From: an uncultured virus (IMG/VR IMGVR_UViG_3300008262_000183)
Lineage: Duplodnaviria > Heunggongvirae > Uroviricota > Caudoviricetes
Strand: one strand, 5' to 3'
DNA length: 20,000 nucleotides
Virus record (IMG/VR): IMGVR_UViG_3300008262_000183
The stretch's first letter is position 1; the number at the start of each line of letters is the position of its first letter. The notes under the pieces were generated by a model. The model had not been told where the DNA came from, made no database searches, and saw only the letters and a list, made by a program, of their open reading frames with translations. Position numbers and translations under genes: made by a program. Positions 15,413-20,000 of this stretch are shown here, piece by piece.

Positions 15413-16480
15413 ATGACATTTAAAATTCCCGTAAACTATAATTTGTACGATATGCCTTATGGAAATGATATTCCATCAGAGCAATTATACGTGTTTAATT
15501 TTGAAAAATTACCTTCTAGGTTTTATCAAAACAAAAAGTACAGTAGCGAAATAAGAGCATTTATTATAGATAGTGATTATATTGAAGTTAATAGAATTAC
15601 AACTAGAAGAAGAAATGACGACTCTTTTAAACAACTTTTCGCAAATAACAAAAAAAAGATTTTTATAATCTTATCACATAACAAGTTCGAAGATATGAAC
15701 GACAATATCGACCTTGAGATATTATATGACATATCTAATGGTGATATTACGGAACAATTTGATTTCGAACAAATAAAAAAATTTGAAAAGCCAGCTAAGA
15801 GAGCTCAAATCCATCTTGTTAAAACCGAGATGGGGCATATGGATACTCAAGAGTATGATCTGAATACCCCAGAAATTGATTTAGAATTGAATTACGGTAA
15901 GGATTTTCAAAAAATACATGACGTAATTGTAAAAAGATTAAACGCCGAAAATGACAAGGGAATAATTCTACTTCATGGTGATCCAGGTACTGGTAAAACA
16001 TCTTATATAAAATACCTAACAAAGTTGATTAATAATAAAGATGTTTTATTTATTCCACCATCTATGGCGGAAATGTTGTCAGAACCATCAATTATCCCAT
16101 TTTTAATGGATCATAAAAATTCTATTCTAATTATTGAAGATGCGGAAAGGGTTATATCCGACAGACAAATAAATGGATCTTCAGCTGGAGTATCAAATAT
16201 ATTGAATCTAACAGACGGTATTTTGGGGGACTGCTTAAACATTCAAGTAATCGCAACCTTCAATATGAGAAAAGAAAAAATTGATCAGGCTTTATTACGA
16301 AAGGGTAGATTAATCGCTGAACATAAATTTGAAAAACTAACAGTAGAAGAAACCAATAATTTATTAAAATTTTTGGGTAAGGACATAATTGTTGACGAAG
16401 GTTTGGTTTTAGCAGATATATATAATATAGATGTTGAGGAATATAAAACAGTAAATAAAAATTTAAAAATAGGATTTTAA
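15413..16480 (+). CDS. AAA+ ATPase (classic clade, single AAA domain)
   Basis: Walker A GDPGTGKT, Walker B IIEDAE, second region of homology IDQALLRKGRL. Likely ATG at 15413, after TTTG-N20-TATATTTT (15377-15408). Confidence 0.9.
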   Translation: MTFKIPVNYNLYDMPYGNDIPSEQLYVFNFEKLPSRFYQNKKYSSEIRAFIIDSDYIEVNRITTRRRNDDSFKQLFANNKKKIFIILSHNKFEDMNDNIDLEILYDISNGDITEQFDFEQIKKFEKPAKRAQIHLVKTEMGHMDTQEYDLNTPEIDLELNYGKDFQKIHDVIVKRLNAENDKGIILLHGDPGTGKTSYIKYLTKLINNKDVLFIPPSMAEMLSEPSIIPFLMDHKNSILIIEDAERVISDRQINGSSAGVSNILNLTDGILGDCLNIQVIATFNMRKEKIDQALLRKGRLIAEHKFEKLTVEETNNLLKFLGKDIIVDEGLVLADIYNIDVEEYKTVNKNLKIGF

Positions 16481-16481
16481 T

Positions 16482-16787
16482 ATGGAATTAGTAACAGCAG
16501 CAGATTTAGAACAACTAAAATCAACCGGAAAACCAATTTTAGCAGATTATTTCGCAAATTGGTGTGGACCCTGTAAGGCTCTTATGCCTAGATTAGAAAA
16601 TCTTGAAAAAGATTATCCAAATGTAAAATTTGTCAAATTAAATGTTGACGAAAATATGGACCACTCAATTCAAATGGGAATTAGATCGGTACCAACAGTA
16701 GTTTTTTTTAAGGATGGCGCTGAGTATAATAGATCTAGTGGAGCAAACCCAAATGGGTTTTATAAAGATATTTTAAATGATTTGTAA
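16482..16787 (+). CDS. trxA: Thioredoxin
   Basis: DYFANWCGPCK, KLNVDEN, GIRSVPT. Confidence 0.95.
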   Translation: MELVTAADLEQLKSTGKPILADYFANWCGPCKALMPRLENLEKDYPNVKFVKLNVDENMDHSIQMGIRSVPTVVFFKDGAEYNRSSGANPNGFYKDILNDL

Positions 16788-17068
16788 TGGCTTACACAGT
16801 AAATGTTTTTACCTTAAACGGATGTTCACATTGTAAAATTCTTAAAGAAGAATTAAATAAAAATGGAATTCCATTTAAAGAATTTGAAGTTAGAGAACAT
16901 AAGGAAATATATGATCAGGTAGTTGAAATAACTAAAGTAGATGCATTACCCACTGTTTTTTTACAAAATCCGGAAACAGAATCCGGGCCAATATTTGTGG
17001 CCGGAAGAGATTTTGATACCAAAGAACAAGCATTACTAAAAATAAAAAAATATATAAAAGAAAGTTAA
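16787..17068 (+). CDS. Glutaredoxin/NrdH-like redoxin
   Basis: VFTLNGCSHCKILK...GIPFKE...LPTVF. Confidence 0.85.
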   Translation: MAYTVNVFTLNGCSHCKILKEELNKNGIPFKEFEVREHKEIYDQVVEITKVDALPTVFLQNPETESGPIFVAGRDFDTKEQALLKIKKYIKES

Positions 17069-17069
17069 G

Positions 17070-17098
17070 AAAGGGATTTAAAAAAAATCCCTTTTTTT
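17070..17098 (+). terminator. Intrinsic terminator after the redoxin genes
   Basis: AAAGGGATTT-aaaaa-AAATCCCTTT followed by a T run. Confidence 0.85.
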
Positions 17099-17120
17099 AT
17101 GCAAAGAACGATAATAAAAG

Positions 17121-17128
17121 TATTTATG
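17121..17128 (+). promoter_or_regulatory. Putative late promoter (AAAG-TATTTAT)
   Basis: Lies just after a terminator and 22 nt before a structural gene; same context as 17881. Confidence 0.55.
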
Positions 17129-17150
17129 TAAAAGACTTTACTTTTATTAG

Positions 17151-17867
17151 ATGGCATCACAAATTAATTGGCTACAGATTGACACCCAAAGAGTTCCACT
17201 AGACGCTAGTGGCTCAGCCTCTTTAGTAATACTCGGTGGAACAGGATCAAATTATCTTGAAGCAGTATACGCAAAAAATCTATATTCTTCTGGTTCTTTA
17301 ACTGTAGGGGGTGATTTAGATATTCCGGGAAATTTAGTTGTTAGTGGTAATTTAACTGTAAAAGGGACAACAACTGCGGTAGAGTCGAATGTTGTCACAA
17401 TTGGTGATAATATTGTTGAACTAAATGGAACATCAGCCGCTTTTGGTGGTTTGTTAATCAAAGACCCAACCGCGCCAAATACTATTTCAGGCTCATTATT
17501 ATGGGATGCAACCAATGATTATTGGATCGGTGGTCCATTAGGTAGCGAAGAAAAAATAATTTTACAAAGTGATTTAGATGCGAGCAGTATTTGGCAAGAA
17601 ACTGGGTCATTTTATGCAACAACTAACGATCTACAGGTAACTGGATCAATGATTATTAAAGGGGATTTGAGAGTTGAGGGTACCACCACAATGGTACAAA
17701 CCTTAAATCCATCTATGGAGTCATTAATTGTTTCTGGAGCAATGAGTATTGTTAGAAATCAATTAACACCACAAATAGTATCAGCCTCATTATCAATTCA
17801 AAATCTGGGAACATTATCTGACAGGTCTTTAGCGACGGTATTAGATTGTGGAGATGGATTTTTTTAA
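17151..17867 (+). CDS. Virion structural protein (tail-fibre/appendage-like, beta-rich)
   Basis: Gly/Ser/Thr-rich with SGS/TGS repeats. Shares a GNLxVxG...DNI..LN...LxWD..NDYW module with the next gene. Ends LDCGDGFF. Confidence 0.7.
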   Translation: MASQINWLQIDTQRVPLDASGSASLVILGGTGSNYLEAVYAKNLYSSGSLTVGGDLDIPGNLVVSGNLTVKGTTTAVESNVVTIGDNIVELNGTSAAFGGLLIKDPTAPNTISGSLLWDATNDYWIGGPLGSEEKIILQSDLDASSIWQETGSFYATTNDLQVTGSMIIKGDLRVEGTTTMVQTLNPSMESLIVSGAMSIVRNQLTPQIVSASLSIQNLGTLSDRSLATVLDCGDGFF

Positions 17868-17880
17868 ATAAAAAATAAAG

Positions 17881-17888
17881 TATTTATA
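17881..17888 (+). promoter_or_regulatory. Putative late promoter (AAAG-TATTTATA)
   Basis: In the 45-nt intergenic gap, 24 nt before the ATG at 17913. Confidence 0.55.
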
Positions 17889-17912
17889 TAATAAAACAAG
17901 AAACATTAGAAA

Positions 17913-19985
17913 ATGGCTCAAATAATTAAACACAGAAGAGGTAGTATAACCCAATTAAAGGATGTTACCGCTAGAATTGGTGAATTGGTTGTTGCAACGG
18001 GTTCAATTAGTGATTTGAATGGTCCTATGGTCTTTGTTGGTGAAACAGAAGGCGTTGCTGGGGCATACAGACCACTATCCAAGATTTATCAAGGCTCATC
18101 TGCACCAACAATTACTGTTGGTTCACATGGTTCCGTAATCGATGGAACACCATTCTACGCATCAACTAACAAAACTCTTTATATTTTAAGTAAAGATGGT
18201 AATGCGGATATCGATTTAACAGGTAACATTGAGGGTAACACCATCAGCAATGTAACAATAACTTCCCTTACCGGAAGTAATGCAAATATTTCAAACGTTA
18301 CAGGTACAACTTTAACGAGTACAAACGCTAACATAACATCAGTTACTGGTAGCAATGGTAATTTTACTTATTTAACTGGAACAACATTTACAAGTACAAA
18401 TAGTAATATCACCGCATTAACTGGTAGCAGCGCAGTTGTTACTAATGTTACAGGTGGTACATTAACCGTTACTGGCCAAACTAATTTGGGCGGTGATCTA
18501 TATATCACAGGAAATACAATTCAAACAGGTTCAATTGATTTAACGGGTAATATTAAATTAGGTGGAAATATAAACATAGGTGACGCCACAACAGATTTTG
18601 TAACATTTGGTGCTGAAGTATCATCATCAATTGTGCCAGATGTTCACGATGCATTTGATTTAGGATCTTCAGATAAAAACTGGAGAAATTTACACGTTAG
18701 CGGAACAGCATACATTAATATATTAGAAGCGCAATCAATATCTCTAGATGGAATTACAGTATTTGATGATTTAGCGGTAAGTGGTAACACATTCCTTGGG
18801 CAAGGTGGTGGAGATATTCTTGTTGTTTCTGGTTCAATTTATAATGATGCATTAACACAAAACAGAATTGTTGTTGTTGGTGCAAATGGTCAAATAACAG
18901 ATAATAATAACTTAGTATTTGACACTGCGAAATTACAAGTAGGTGAAGGTCAATTTGAAGTTGACGTTACTGATGGCGATATTAGAACATCTGGATCACT
19001 AATTGTTACCTCAACGTCACAATTAAAAGGTGCGGTTGGAATGAATTCAACATTAGATGTTACTGGTTCTGCACAATTCAAGAGTACAATTAATGTAGAT
19101 AGTGAAGCAACATTAGCATCAGCAACAGTTGAAGATTTAACACAAGACAGAATTGTAACTGTGGGTGCAGGTGGTTCATTGATTGATAGCTCAGGATTTA
19201 CATATAACGGAACAGTATTCAAAATTGGCAATGGCCAATTTGAAGTTGATACCAATGATGGTGATATTAGAACATCAGGTTCTTTAACAGTAGAGGGTGG
19301 ACAAACAATTAATGGTGATGTTACTGTGAATGGTGTCTTAACCGTAACAGGAAACACACAACTACAATCAAACTTGTATATTTCTGGTAATTTAGAAGTT
19401 TTAGGTTCATCAACGAACGTAATTTTACAATCACAAACAGTAGAGTTAGATGATAACATCATTAGACTTAATGCATACTCACCATTTGAAAGATATGCGG
19501 GATTTGAAGTAATTGACTCGGGATCTTCTGGTGTGTCAGCATCATTAGTTTGGGATTCACTAAACGATTATTGGATGTTTGTTTCCTCAAGCTCACAATC
19601 AAGCAAATTGATTGGTACAACAGCGGGAACTTATGGTAGTGAAATCAGTTTAACGAATAATACAATTCCTAAAGCAACTGGCGCAAATACAATTGGTAAT
19701 AGTTTATTAACAGATAATGCAACTACATTAGCATATAATACAAATAAATTTACAGTAACTGCAAGTGATGGAGCTACCTTAATTGCTGGCAATGTTACAT
19801 TGAGTTCAGCCGGAGGTGCCGATGCAGCAAATAACTCATCTGCTATTGTATTTAAAAATTCTTCTAACGTATTGGGGTATGTTTCAACAACTGAAACTAC
19901 AGATGTTTTAGATGGTATTTTAGGTTACAAAAATTCAGATGGAGCGTTGGTTTTCTCAACCGTAATTGATGGTGGGGGCTACTAA
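17913..19985 (+). CDS. Tail-fibre-like virion protein with internal repeats
   Basis: N-terminal MAQIIKHRRGS...GELVV (resembles fibre-attachment N-termini), Thr/Asn/Gly repeats, a duplicated 52-aa unit, C-terminal IDGGGY. Confidence 0.78.
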   Translation: MAQIIKHRRGSITQLKDVTARIGELVVATGSISDLNGPMVFVGETEGVAGAYRPLSKIYQGSSAPTITVGSHGSVIDGTPFYASTNKTLYILSKDGNADIDLTGNIEGNTISNVTITSLTGSNANISNVTGTTLTSTNANITSVTGSNGNFTYLTGTTFTSTNSNITALTGSSAVVTNVTGGTLTVTGQTNLGGDLYITGNTIQTGSIDLTGNIKLGGNINIGDATTDFVTFGAEVSSSIVPDVHDAFDLGSSDKNWRNLHVSGTAYINILEAQSISLDGITVFDDLAVSGNTFLGQGGGDILVVSGSIYNDALTQNRIVVVGANGQITDNNNLVFDTAKLQVGEGQFEVDVTDGDIRTSGSLIVTSTSQLKGAVGMNSTLDVTGSAQFKSTINVDSEATLASATVEDLTQDRIVTVGAGGSLIDSSGFTYNGTVFKIGNGQFEVDTNDGDIRTSGSLTVEGGQTINGDVTVNGVLTVTGNTQLQSNLYISGNLEVLGSSTNVILQSQTVELDDNIIRLNAYSPFERYAGFEVIDSGSSGVSASLVWDSLNDYWMFVSSSSQSSKLIGTTAGTYGSEISLTNNTIPKATGANTIGNSLLTDNATTLAYNTNKFTVTASDGATLIAGNVTLSSAGGADAANNSSAIVFKNSSNVLGYVSTTETTDVLDGILGYKNSDGALVFSTVIDGGGY
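18852..19292 (+). repeat. Intragenic duplication of about 156 bp (18852-19007 and 19137-19292)
   Basis: LTQNRIVVVGANG...GQFEVDVTDGDIRTSGSLIV versus LTQDRIVTVGAGG...GQFEVDTNDGDIRTSGSLTV; nucleotide identity is visible in blocks such as caatttgaagttga and gatattagaacatc. Confidence 0.85.
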
Positions 19986-20000
19986 AAAATAAAAGATAAA

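Noticed and set aside
382..19462. Short antisense or nested ORFs (e.g. 382-624, 2193-2417, 2231-2479, 5633-5896, 9215-9574, 14748-15023, 17252-17515, 18950-19462)
   Set aside because: They lie within or opposite well-supported genes and show no recognisable motifs.

Overview
AT-rich (roughly 30% GC by eye), gene-dense segment that reads as part of a large (jumbo-type) dsDNA phage genome, most likely infecting Bacteroidota. The host inference rests on a Bacteroidota-type sigma-70, an Hc1 histone-like protein, a DUF6576-like tail, TAnnTTTG-like promoters, few Shine-Dalgarno sites and a signal peptide ending in S|Q. Gene order: split SbcC/Rad50/gp46-like ATPase, ClpP, a Zn-ribbon protein enclosed by structured UTRs, three envelope/spanin-like genes, a sigma factor, membrane proteins, a degenerate amidase, acidic modular (probably head-associated) proteins, Hc1, small hypotheticals, NusG, an AAA ATPase, thioredoxin, glutaredoxin and two paralogous fibre-like virion proteins. 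Three signals lie outside the ORF track. (1) A start-less 94-codon Pro/Thr-repeat frame (7904-8188) is reachable by a -1 shift at A-AAA-AAG at the end of a membrane-protein gene. (2) A 14-bp 5'/3' UTR pairing with G-U wobbles encloses the Zn-ribbon gene, whose leader also has a multi-stem structure. (3) The SbcC gene has a frame break with apparent loss of a conserved segment. Family names come from motif recognition only; no searches were run.
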